Position numbers and translations under genes: made by a program
Origin: Sphyrna mokarran
Taxonomy: Eukaryota
Assembly: GCA_024679065.1 (NCBI GenBank)
Contig: JAGIQG010000009.1
Coordinates: 66,216,001 to 66,280,000 of the forward strand
Reading direction: 5' to 3'
Length of the DNA: 64,000 bases
In this document: piece after piece, positions 14,211-25,332 of the stretch
Position numbering within the stretch: position 1 is the stretch's first letter
Layout of the letters: each line of letters starts with the position of its first letter
Notes under the pieces: generated by a model
What the model was told of the DNA's origin: nothing
Database searches by the model: none
The model's input: the letters and a program-made list of their open reading frames with translations, nothing else

Positions 14211-14611
14211 TTACACTGCAATTTCATCATCAAGGCAATCCCCCAATTCCTGCCTCTTCAGCACCGTCATTAACCGAACTGACTCTTCATTTACCCAGCA
14301 GTCCCTCTCCTCACTCTCATCTGTATTAGACTCATACTCAGACGCTATTCCTGACTCTCGGAATTTGATCAGCTCCAGGCTGCCCATGAACTCTTCACGG
14401 GACTGCGTCTCATTGTGCAGAAAGTGAAAGCACTCCAGTTTTACCAGACAGTCATCCATACCTAGCGGACTTCCCAGGGGAAGAGGGAGGTCCGATCCAT
14501 CGCAGATGGACGGCAAGCAGATGTCCTCGGGTTTAGGTGTTGTGGGGTCGCACAGCACTGGTGGCACCGTTGATCGGTAGGTGATCTCCAACAAACTGTC
14601 CTGCGAGCCTG
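14211..14611 (-). CDS. NOS1AP: NOS1AP terminal coding exon (about human exon 10) with C-terminal PDZ-binding motif
   Basis: TTTCAG acceptor; A+CA gives Thr, then GSQDSLLEIT...LELIKFRESGIASEYESNTDESEERD...LGDCLDDEIAV and TAA at 14211-14213. Confidence 0.96.
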
Positions 14612-14801
14612 CTGAAAGAGCAAGGAAGAAAGAAACCATGTCAAGGCAGCTGCTCACAACATCACTTTACCCTGAAGTCTCAGTTTCCATGGCCAGTTCT
14701 TCAGTGAGGTTATGGGGTGGAGGACAAAGGGGGAGACCCAATCCAATGCAGCCATCTTGAACTTAGAAACTATAATTGGTGCCAAGTTTTATTCACCCAT
14801 T

Positions 14802-15185
14802 CTTTCAAATATCCACCAATTGTGTTCAAGTGACCACCAAGGTTATTCCCAAAGTGACTACAACAAGCATCAATCAGGTACGCACACTCAATTCTTCTCC
14901 GTTGCTAACCAAACAAATACACAATTGGCAAGCCAAGTATTGATATGGCAAGTGGATAGGATGGAATGTTGGCTATTACAGCGATTGTGACTACAGTACA
15001 CAAGTGACCACTTTATTGATGGCTCCAAAGCTTCAGTTTAAAGAGGCATCACCTCCACTGACTGAATTGGCTAATTGTCTATAACAGTATCTCTGCAGCC
15101 GTCTTCAAGTGTTTCCAAGCTTCTATCTTTTCTCAAAGTTTAAAGACTATGAAGATATTTCAGCTTCTTTCATTTAGACTTAGGA
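14802..15185. repeat. Copy 2 of local direct duplication (in last NOS1AP intron)
   Basis: Same-orientation match to 13634-14021, offset about 1168 bp. Confidence 0.92.
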
Positions 15186-16603
15186 GGGGGCTGCAGTAAG
15201 GATCTGGTGGTGTTCAACGTTTTGTTTGTAAGAGTCAGCCTAAGACAACCACTGACTTAAAAAGATCTACAAATCTGAGATAGCGCTGACACTTTATTTG
15301 GATATGTGTTTGAATGAACTGTCAGGTCATCAGGACAGGTTTAAGACTATTACAAAGACTGATTTTGATGAAAGATCATAAATCAGTAAAATTATTCATT
15401 TCTCTGTCCGCAGACTTCTGAGATCTTCCAATGAATGATTAACTTCATTTTTTTTATTCTTTTCCCTCTTTCTAGGAATATTTTAATATAAACAAAGTGT
15501 ACTTCATGAGATCATATACCAGAACAGAAATTACTTGACTTCACCTATATGTTTAGACAAGAGTGCAGGATACAGAATTAGGGCTCCCATGTTATCATCC
15601 ATCTCAAATCACATTTGGCAGAGTGTCAGAACCTATGCTCAAACTTACTTGGCAGGGAGAGTGAATGATCAGGCTGGTTAATCTCCCAGGCTTAGGGTAG
15701 AGTCTTTGATCAGAGTAGCCAAAGAGGTTTAACCAAGGTGTCGCCTGATGCAATTTTTCAAAGCCATATGGCCTTTTGACTAAGATGAGAAGTCAGAACA
15801 AGCCCAAGGTAAAATGCAATGCCTCATCTTGTAGTTTGGATCTTGTCTCTTTTGTGGGGGGCCATGAATTGGATTCAATTTGAATTTGTTTTTTTGGATG
15901 GAATAGAAATGAAAAAAAAGGGGTGAAATAGGTTTAACAATTGAAAAAATGTTGCTTCTTAATTCATTCTCAAGAATGTGGGCATTGGAAAGGAAGCCAT
16001 TCACTGTCCATCCTTGATAAGCTTTGAGAAGGTGCCTATTCCTTGAATCACTGCAGCCTGTGATGTGAAAGTGTTTCCACAGTGCTGTTGGGTAGGGATT
16101 TCCAAGTGCCTTAATGATTAGTTCAATTACCTGGCCTCACTTCTGTTCCATCATACCAGGGTTCAAAATTACTCCAAGCTACTGCTTGATGCTATCTTGG
16201 AACAATTCTTCCCACAGAAAATCATCACACAACAGTATATAAAGATAGCAGGACAAACAGAAATAGACAAAACAAATTCTATCTGCATATAAAGGTATTT
16301 TTTTAACAAGAGATATTGATCAGTACACATTCTCTCAAGTTTTACAGCTGAACAGGAAACTATTCAGCCTTTAATGGTTGCAGTTAACAAACATTTCAAA
16401 GGCATTAATACATTAGGGAAGCTGTAAGATAGCATTGTATGGGGTAAAATGGAACTGTACATTGATAATCAGACCTTAATAGATATAAAATTAATGCAAT
16501 TCCATCACAATAAATGCATTCTTTTACAAAAAGGACAATGTTGGCATTCTTTGAAGATGATAACAGTGATCCTGCAGTACAATGAAAATTGCACACAACA
16601 AAC

Positions 16604-16950
16604 AGGGCGCCACGATGGCACAGTGTTTGGCACTGATGCCTCACAGCTCCAGGGAGCTGGGTTTGATTCTGGTCTTGAGTGACTGTTTGTGCAGAGATTG
16701 CATGTTTTCCCTGTGTCTGGGTTTCTTCTGGTTGCTCCAGTTTCCACCAGACTCAAAAGATGTGCATGTTAGGTGGATTGGCCATGTTAAATTGTCCCTT
16801 AAGTATCCCAAAATGTGTAGGTTAGATGAATTAGCCATGGGAAATGTGAGAAATTCCAGGGATAGGGCAAGTGATAAGGATATTCTGTCAGAGAGTCAGT
16901 GCAGACATGATGGGTCAAATGGCCTTTTCTACACGGATGGGATTCTATGA
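16604..16950 (+). mobile_element. HE1/V-SINE-like SINE
   Basis: Head, GTTAGGTGGATTGGCCATG core and GATTCTATGA tail. Confidence 0.85.
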
Positions 16951-17417
16951 TAATTCAAGAATTTGGATGGAATTTTCCTGACCTATCCACCATGGGATCG
17001 TAGTGGGCGGGCCAGGGCCATGCAAAGATCTTTTGACCTTGGGTGGGAATTTCTGGTCTTGAGGTAAGCGTAGCTGGAAAATCCTATCCATGGTGTCCCA
17101 AAACCGGTCCAATCAGATTTCAGGTCGGGCAGTTTGGGCTGTAGGTAGTTCGGGCCAAGCCAGGTTAGATGAGGTCAAGGGTCACTCAATCAGCAGGAAT
17201 ACACCGGGGTGGGAAGCAACGAAGAGGGTGACACACCTCAGCCACTGCCAATTATATGGCATCTAGCTGAATTGTTCAGGAAAGTTTTTTTTTAATATTT
17301 GACTCAATAAACATTGATTCATGGCACAATGTAAAAATGTTTGGTTTTTGGAACACCTGGATTTGAGGCAATGGACCTTGTGCAGGCTTTTTATAAAATC
17401 TTTCTCCAGGCTCAGCA

Positions 17418-17736
17418 ATCATAGAATCACTATGGTGAGGAGGAAAGCCATTCGGCCCATAGAGTCCGCACCGACTACAATCCCACCCAGGCTCTATTCC
17501 CGTAACCCCATTTATCTTGCTAATCCCCCTGACATTAAGGGACAATTCAGCATGGCCAATCAATCTAACCCGCACATCTTTGGACTGTGGGAGGACACTG
17601 GAGCACCCAGAGGAATGCCACACAAACACGAGGAGAACGTATCAACACTTCATAGGCACTGACCCGAGTGGGGAAATCAAACCTGGGTGCTTGGCGACGT
17701 GAGGCAGCAGTGCTATCTCTGTGACACCATGCTCCC
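17418..17736 (-). mobile_element. HE1/V-SINE-like SINE
   Basis: Reverse-complement copy of the same family. Confidence 0.85.
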
Positions 17737-18049
17737 CGAATGTCACTTTGCTGCCCAATGTTTATGCTCGCACAGATTCCCACAGTATTACAAACATGAT
17801 GTGAATGTTTGGCTGCAAACATTACGAAGCTTTACAGGACTAAGCGCTCAAAGGATCAATTATTAACTTGTGTCCCGTTAAATAAACAGAGCTTGTACGA
17901 TTTCTTGGCACTACAAACTCCTGAAGAGCTACATTTCGAGACCTAATCACTTTCTGATGTCAGTCAGCTGCTAATAACACTACAGCAGCTGCCAGAGCTG
18001 GAATATTTATTGTAGGCTGGATAGAAAAAAGTTACTGGTATTTCCTTAC

Positions 18050-18215
18050 TTGAACTGTGGCCAGCTAGTTTGAGCTCCAGCTCCTGCACTTGCTTGACGA
18101 GCAGCGATATGTGTTTGAGTAGATCCTTGTTCTGCAGCAGCAGCTGATGGACACGAGCCTGGGCTTCAATCCGAGCGGCTGCCTCTGCCGCCAACTGATC
18201 CTTCAGTAAGTGGAC
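18050..18215 (-). CDS. NOS1AP: NOS1AP coiled-coil exon (about human exon 9), 166 nt, phase 0-1
   Basis: Encodes [60 protein letters not shown] acceptor; A|GTAAGG donor; in frame with both neighbouring exons. Confidence 0.96.
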
Positions 18216-18371
18216 CTGTCCCAGCACAGAAAGGACAGAGTTAGACTCCACATTTCAGATCCATTGTGGCTGCAGCACTCACCTGAACAGTGAGTGCTAT
18301 AAAGTCTGCGTACGACAAATGCCCAGTGCTCACTTCAATCCAGAATTTTACATTTTTTACTGAGATTTATA

Positions 18372-18890
18372 AAGAACAATACAGCACAAGAACAGCCTAA
18401 CAAACCTGCGTTGATATGTGATTTCTAAACCTCTGTTCATCTCCCATTCACGTATCTGTCAAGGTACACCTTTTTACCAATGTGTCTGCTTCCAGTACCC
18501 TCATTCGCAGTGCATTCTAGGCACTCACCACCAGTTGTGTGAAAATCTTCCCCCGCACGTCTCCCCTAAACTTACCACTTCTCATCTTAAACCCATGTCC
18601 TCTTGTAATCAGCCTTTCACCCTGGGGAAAAACCCCTGACTATCCATCCCGCTTATGCCTCTCATAATTTTGTAAACTTCTATCAGGTCACTCCCTCAGC
18701 CTCTGTCCTTTTAGTGAAAACAATCCGAGTTTCTCCAATCTCTCCTCATACCTAAAACCCTCCAGACCAAGCATCATCTTGGGGTAAGCATTCTTTGCCC
18801 CCTCTCCAAAGCATCCACGTCCTTTTGGTGGTGTGGTGACCTGCACGCAATATTCCAAATGGGGCATAACTAAAGCTTTACACAGTTTGA
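18372..18890 (-). mobile_element. CR1-type LINE 3' fragment
   Basis: HLEYCVQ...SPHHQKDVDALER-like sequence on the minus strand and TGTTCT tail. Confidence 0.75.
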
Positions 18891-19289
18891 TTGTTGTATT
18901 GAAATATCACCACAGAGTGAGTTATTGGGTTGAGCTACAGCAGGCGCATTGCCAAAGAGGTGAGAAATAGGGAGAAATATTGGACAGAAAAAGTGATCAG
19001 CCAACTGTATGGGGGTTGGGGATGGAAACATTCCCCATTGTCATGGCCAGTAGCTAACTACCACTCAATCTCTTTGTGTGAGAACCTGGTATTTACAAAC
19101 ATTTCCTACTCTATCATACTGGATTCGCTTCATAAATACTACACTGGAAAAAACTGTCGGATGTCCTGGGGCGCAATGCAAATGCAAGCCCTCGTTTCTA
19201 AATTACTTCAATATTTAAAAAAAAATGCCCAGAGTTTAATTACAGAATACAATCAGGCAGGCCTTCTGGAACAAACCAATATCTATTCT

Positions 19290-19405
19290 TCTCTGAAGGA
19301 GAGTCATGCGGACTCGAAACGTGAACTCCATTTCTCTCTCCACAGATGCTGCCAGACCGGCTGAGATTTCCCATCATTTTCTGATTTTAGTTTAGATTTC
19401 CAGCG
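19290..19405 (+). mobile_element. Penelope-like element terminus with degenerate minimal hammerhead core
   Basis: CTGAAGG-A-GAGTC-ATGCG-GACTC-GAAAC followed by TCTCTCTCCACAGATGCTGCCAGACC. Confidence 0.6.
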
Positions 19406-20510
19406 CCTATTTTAATATCAGCTGAGTCCTGCTCAGGGGCTACGTGTGTATAGGCTGGGTTCCTCAGTGATATCCCTCAAGGCTCACCCATGAAGAATGA
19501 GTGTGTGGGTGGCGAGCACACAAATACATCCCAGTGGAAGTGGGCACCCTCAGCTAGGAGGGAGGAAAAATGCACACAATTGGGACAGAAAAGATTTAAA
19601 CACTCCCCCATCCCACGTATTGTAGTCTTACTGCCTTGTTTTTTTATATATCTTTGTCACAACTGATTACACTCTTTTAATCTTTCATCATAGCTTATTA
19701 ATTTAAAATATTAACATGAATATATTTGCCTCCAACAGTACATGTTTTTGCTGCTGGACAGTTTATGAATGAAATACAGCAATTATCTCACTACAAATAT
19801 GATAATTAACTACTTGTTCTGTCAATTAATTACTAATCCTTTAATATATCTATGCAACTTTTTGCTAATGCATATGTTATCACAGCATTTTCACACAGAA
19901 TTTACTAGAGCTTATTAATGAACGAGGGATGGGTGGGGGAATTGGCTGGGAGTGGGGGTGGAGAGTTGTTGGGGGGTGGGGTGCTGTGACATGCTAGAGG
20001 TTGTTACCAATGCTAATACCTTATGTATTAGTCTATCACTTGCCATGGTGACCATATGGTTTGTCCTCCTCTGGCCCAGAACCTTACACTTGGCCAAACT
20101 CCCAGGCACTGTACAGGGATCCTCGCATAATATACTCAACAATGTTCACAACTTCCAGGATTTTTGCTCTGAGCACCGAGAACATATGGAATACAGCAAA
20201 TAAGCGATTATTCAGTAGCAGCAGCATTTTATCTTTTGTTTTCTTTGGCAGATTTTGGAGAAAATACTCAAATTAAATACATGTGCTTGAGGCTCCAAAG
20301 TCAATAAAGTTCTCCATTTCAGCAGCACTGCCATACAATGGCTACAATCACTGGCATATGCAATGATAAATACTTTTTGAGCTATCCATGCAAACTGCAG
20401 CTGGAAGACAAATTCCAAATTGGCATCACAAACATCCCTTGACTCATTATGTGCGATGAAAGTTACTTTTTAATTGGTAAAAATGTTAAAAAGGAATTGG
20501 AGTCTTTAAC

Positions 20511-20838
20511 TTCATAGCATCCCTGCAGTGCAGAAGGAAGTCATTCAGGCCATTGGGTCTACACCGACTCTCCAACAGAATACCTCACCCTGACTCTGTC
20601 CCCAGAATCTTGCGTGTTTCCTCCGCTAATCTCCCTAGGGACAATAAAGCGATTTAACATTGCGAATCCATCTAACCCACACATCTTTGGACTATGGGAG
20701 GAAACTGCAGCACTCAGACGAAACACATGCAGACACAGGGAGAACGTGCAAACCCCACAGTCACATGAGGCCGGAATTGAACCTGGGTCCCTGGCACTAT
20801 GAGGCAGTCGTGCTGAACACTGTGCCACCATACCACCC
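20511..20838 (-). mobile_element. HE1/V-SINE-like SINE
   Basis: Full head and core on the minus strand. Confidence 0.85.
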
Positions 20839-21768
20839 ATCATATCACAAGTTTTCAAACTGGGCTTCTCAGGCAGTGCAGCCTGTGAGTTCATCAGATT
20901 TTTCTGCCAATTTGTTGAATGAGTAACACATTATTTCTGACCGGTAAATAAGCATTTTGTGTAATGAGAGCACTGTTTTCCTTTAGGGGTCAGAGTGTAG
21001 ATTACAGGAAATGTCATTAAATACTGTGATAGGGAAGCGCAAAAAATGTGCTGAACCCTCAACTGAATGGAGCATTAACAGTTAGGCAGTTACGAGGTAA
21101 AGATTTGTTGCCTCTCAGCATTTATTTGCCATTCAGATACACAGAACCCCAACCAACGTGGGATTGCATACAAGTGGGACTCGCTTCCTGCCCATCCATT
21201 ATCCAACAAGCAGTCTTTAAATATGAAGACATCCTTGGCTTTAAAGTGATGACAATCAAAGACTCGTCCACAAATTGCAGAACAGAGGGCATTAATTTAG
21301 TTACAACTCAAAGTATAGAGGTGGCTGACATGCTGACGGTCTGAGTTGGTAAACAGCTTTGCATGCTTTCAAGAATCGAGTCTCCAATTCCCCAGGTAGC
21401 AGCAGCAACAGATTGCGGTCACTGGAACTGAAGACTTGGATGACCCTAGAACAGTTTGTGCTGGCAATATTCACCAGATCACAAGCCACAAGCTAGACAC
21501 TGTACAGGAAGCTGCTGTAAATGGAATGGACTCCACACCGTGACACGCTGCAACTTCGACTGACACCATTTTATTGGCTGAATGATCCAGAACATGTTTT
21601 CTTATTCCTTGTTTCTGATTACATTGAAGGCGGGTAGCACCAGGGAATCAAACCTTTAATTTTTTTGAATTGAAAAGCCCACACTTACACTGGCTAATCT
21701 TACAATAAGAATGGATGTTCAAAACCCTGTTTGCTGACCCCACTGGCAAAGTGTCAAATTACTCCTCA

Positions 21769-23550
21769 GGGCCCAATTTTACCAAGAATTCGCAGTAAAT
21801 TCAGGCGTTGTGTCTTTAATGCAATCTGCACCCGAATCTAAGCATATCGCAGCTTTACCGACACCCGATTCGAGTGTAGATCCAGCAAATCCCACTTTAT
21901 AGTCTTCTGGTCCGTTCCAGATCCGAGCTGTAAGCGACCTGCTAAATAAAAATCCAAAGCCGATTTTTATTTTGCAGGGAATGTCCGAAGTGGGTTCAGA
22001 GCCTGCAATGGCTCCCTGACTCAGATCATCCTCTGGGAGGGGCGGGAAGGAGGGGGGGGGGTTGGGGGGGGGGGTGCGTTCAGATCATTCCTGATTGGAG
22101 GGGGAGGAGGGGAGTGAGGTCACATCGTTGTCTGGCTGGGGAGGGGGAGGGGGAGGGGAGGCGAAGAGGTGGGTCAGATGTATCTTGGCGTGGGGGGGGG
22201 GCTCCTCATTGTCTGGGCGGGGTGGGGGGAGGTGATCATTGTCTGGTGGTGAAGGAGAGGAGGGGGAGAGGTGATCATTGTCTGGTGGTGAAGGAGAGGA
22301 GGGGGGAGAGGTGATCATTGTCTGGTGGTGAAGGAGAGGAGGGGGAGAGTGATCATTGTCTGGTGGTGTGGTGATGGGGGGGGCTGATCATTGTCTGGTG
22401 GTGGTGGTGATGGAGGGGGGCTGATCATTGTCTGGTAGTGGTGCCGGGGGGGGGGAGGGTTGATCATTGTCTGGTGGTGGTGGTGATGGGGGGGCTGATC
22501 ATTGTCTGGTAGTGGTGCCGGGGGGGGGGGAGGGTTGATCATTGTCTGGTGGTGGTGTGAGGCAGTCAGATGTTCCTCTGGAAGGGAGGGGCCGAGAGGC
22601 CAGACTATTCTTTGGAGGTGGGGGGTGAGGGGGTAAATGAGGCCAGATCATTGTCGGTGGAGTGAGCTGGGGAGAGGGAGCTGGAGTCAGGCCAGACCAT
22701 TCTTGAGGGGAGGGGGGTGTGATGAGCCAGATCATCGTCTGTGGGGAGGAGGGGGGGGCAAAGGGAGGCGGATAAATTGTGTATCGGGAGGGGGGGTACA
22801 GATGATCTCTCGTTGGGGGGGGGGGGAGGGCAGATGGATGTCTGGTGGGGGCGGGGGATCACTGCCACTTTGCAGGTGATCGGTGAGGGGAGAGGGGGAG
22901 TGGGGGGCAGTTGCTCTGGGTAGTGGGAATGGACCTGTCATGGAGAGAGAGCAACAAGGAACCAGCACAAAAGAGTGTGGGAGCTAGCACTTGGACTGAA
23001 AGGACCAAACAGTGTGGATTTGAAATGCTGATGGAAGATTCGCCTAGCTTGCACTTGAGGGCAGATCCCCAGAGAAAACGCTCACCATGAAACACAGTTC
23101 TGTGCTTGAAAATAAAGAATGGAAGTAGATCCTTGAGAGCTAAAAATCACCCCCAGCCCACTACCCAGACTGACTGCCACCCTTGTCCCCTCTCCACCCT
23201 CATCGATTGCCTGCAGAAAGGCAGCAGATCCTCCTGCCCCCCCAAAAAGGGATCTAACTGGCCCCCTCCCGAGATACACCCTCGCTCCTGCTAGTTGTTC
23301 CCGGGCCGCTTTCTCCACTTTCTGTGGCTCAAGAGTGATCCGACATGGGTACACCTTTTCCAATTGTTTTCTAACTGCGCTTGCGCAATTCAGATCTCTG
23401 ATCATTCCAGTAGCACTAAGCTCCACCCACAGTGCAAATCGGACTGGAGCCAGCAAAAAGCGTATGGGCGCATCGCTAAGAGGATTCCAGGCTCGGATCT
23501 GTATTACCCCCAGATCCAGCCCTTAGACTCCAAATAGTAAAACCGGGCAC
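21769..23550. mobile_element. Non-autonomous TIR element (PIF/Harbinger-like) containing a G-rich minisatellite
   Basis: GGGCCCAATTTTACCA and TAGTAAAACCGGGCAC (12/16 inverted match), flanked by TCA and TTA; CpG-rich subterminal regions. Confidence 0.65.
22234..22560. repeat. G-rich minisatellite, ~35-40-bp units
   Basis: Nine GATCATTGTCTGGT-anchored units, with degenerate units extending to ~22020-22880. Confidence 0.9.
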
Positions 23551-24354
23551 TTAGTATCAGGGGATTAGCAGGGTAAATATGTGGGGGTAAGGGTTGGGCT
23601 TGGATGGGGTTGTGGTTGGTGCAGGCTTGATGGGATGAATGGTCTGCTTCTGCATTGTCAGGATTCTATGATTATTTTCAAAAATGAAAGCAAATGGAAT
23701 TTAAAGAAACTTGTAAAATGGGTAATGTATTGAATAACAGGAGAAAAAGAATAAGGATTGTTCTTTCGTATAAAGATTGTTCACACAAAATAAGGTTTTT
23801 TCTTTGCTTAGTGGAACATGACAGATGGTGTTCCTTAAAAATCCATGCAATAGCGCTACACTTATGCTTAAAGTTTCGGAGCTCCAAACTCAAGGCATTT
23901 TTATTATTTGAAATCATGTACAGCTCATTAATAGGCATGGACTGTTATAGCCTGAACTCACTGAACTTGCACCCAACCAACGAGAAAATAATCTTTTTCT
24001 TTCCTATCAGCTTCCCAGGCCGACTTCAGTGCATAGTGCCAACCAACTGGCTTTTAGAAACAATCCTTTCATCATCTCAGTCAGATACTGAAGTATAAAT
24101 TACATCACCTAAGTGACAACGAGAGAATGCAGTTCCTGGGTAGCCTACATATGAGATACCAAATCAGTGTAATGGTACATTTTCCACACACTGAGGTTTA
24201 CATACCCACAGTGAGTGCCTTGCATTGTTAAAATGAATTGTGTCTCTCCCTTCTCCACTTGGATTCATTCAGCCACTAAGGTGAAGGACCGGATAACTAC
24301 CAATGCCTGTCAGAGCCCATGGCACCAGAATGCCCATGGCCAGGAAGAAGATGC

Positions 24355-24592
24355 AATTTGATTTGATTTGCCAGTGGGGTCCAGTGAAAAATATTGTTTC
24401 TTGTGCACTATATAGACAAAGCACACCATTCATAAAGTAGAAAGGAGAAAAGGAGAGGGTGCAGAAAATAGTGTTACAGCTACAGGTAGGATGAAGAGAA
24501 AAATCAGCTTAATATATGACAGGCCTATTCAAAAGTCTGATGACAGCAGGGAAGAAGCTATCTGTCAGTACATGTTTTCAGACTTTTGTATC
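24355..24592 (-). mobile_element. Rex1/Babar-like LINE 3' end
   Basis: Inverse of 32185-32697 (GCTTCTTCCCTGCTG...CAGACTTTTGAAT; CAAAT tail repeats). Confidence 0.6.
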
Positions 24593-25229
24593 ATTCAGAA
24601 AAGCAAGAAAAGTTTAAATTAAAAAGTGAGCAATACAAAACATTCAAGCAATGTGAAAAGCAATTGTTATCAATTCAGCGTTTATCATAGCAGTGCCTTT
24701 CTGTATTAGCAGTGCTTGTTGTCTCTAGCCTAATTTATGCATCATAACGAGCAACTTGTCTGAATATATCACTGCAAGACTGGAGGAATAAACAGCAACA
24801 ACACAGCAGGGAAACACACATTGAGCATTTTTGCAGCACTCTTAACACTGAGAAAATAAACCAATAAAAAGTTGTATTATTTTGACAAAATGTACAACCC
24901 ATCCTTCACAATCGACAGAAAATAAAATAATGATCAGTCAGCTCAAATAAAATGTTACTTTTTTATTCCTATTTAATTTGTCGCACATCAAGTTTTTTTC
25001 TGAAGGCTGGTAATGCTTGCCTAAGGCAGACTTGGGCTGCATGCAAGGCCAATCCCTTGGATTCCACAAGCTATCAGCATTTCACCCAAATCAACTGTTG
25101 TTACCCTAATCTGCATTTAATTCCTTAGCAAAGGGCTGAAACTGAAGTTTCAGGATGATTAAACAGGATCGATTCTTTGTGGTATTTTGTGGTTTTTGTT
25201 ACAACAAATGAGTCCAATGTAAATGGGGA

Positions 25230-25332
25230 TGGTTTGTTTGTGTGTGTGTTCGTGTATGTGTGCACTGTGTGTGGTTGTGCATGTCAGTGCTTGTGAGTTT
25301 GTGTTTGTGTGAGTTTGTTTATCTGTGTGTCA
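25230..25332. repeat. Degenerate (GT)n microsatellite
   Basis: TG-rich run. Confidence 0.7.

Noticed and set aside
18216-18257. Mammalian CAPON-S-like N-terminal extension of the coiled-coil exon
   Set aside because: The ORF-track start at 18251 is GTG, an in-frame TGA lies two codons upstream, and there is no in-frame ATG.
22234-22560. CRISPR-like array
   Set aside because: The intervening sequences are repeated low-complexity G runs, not unique spacers; eukaryotic context and no cas genes.
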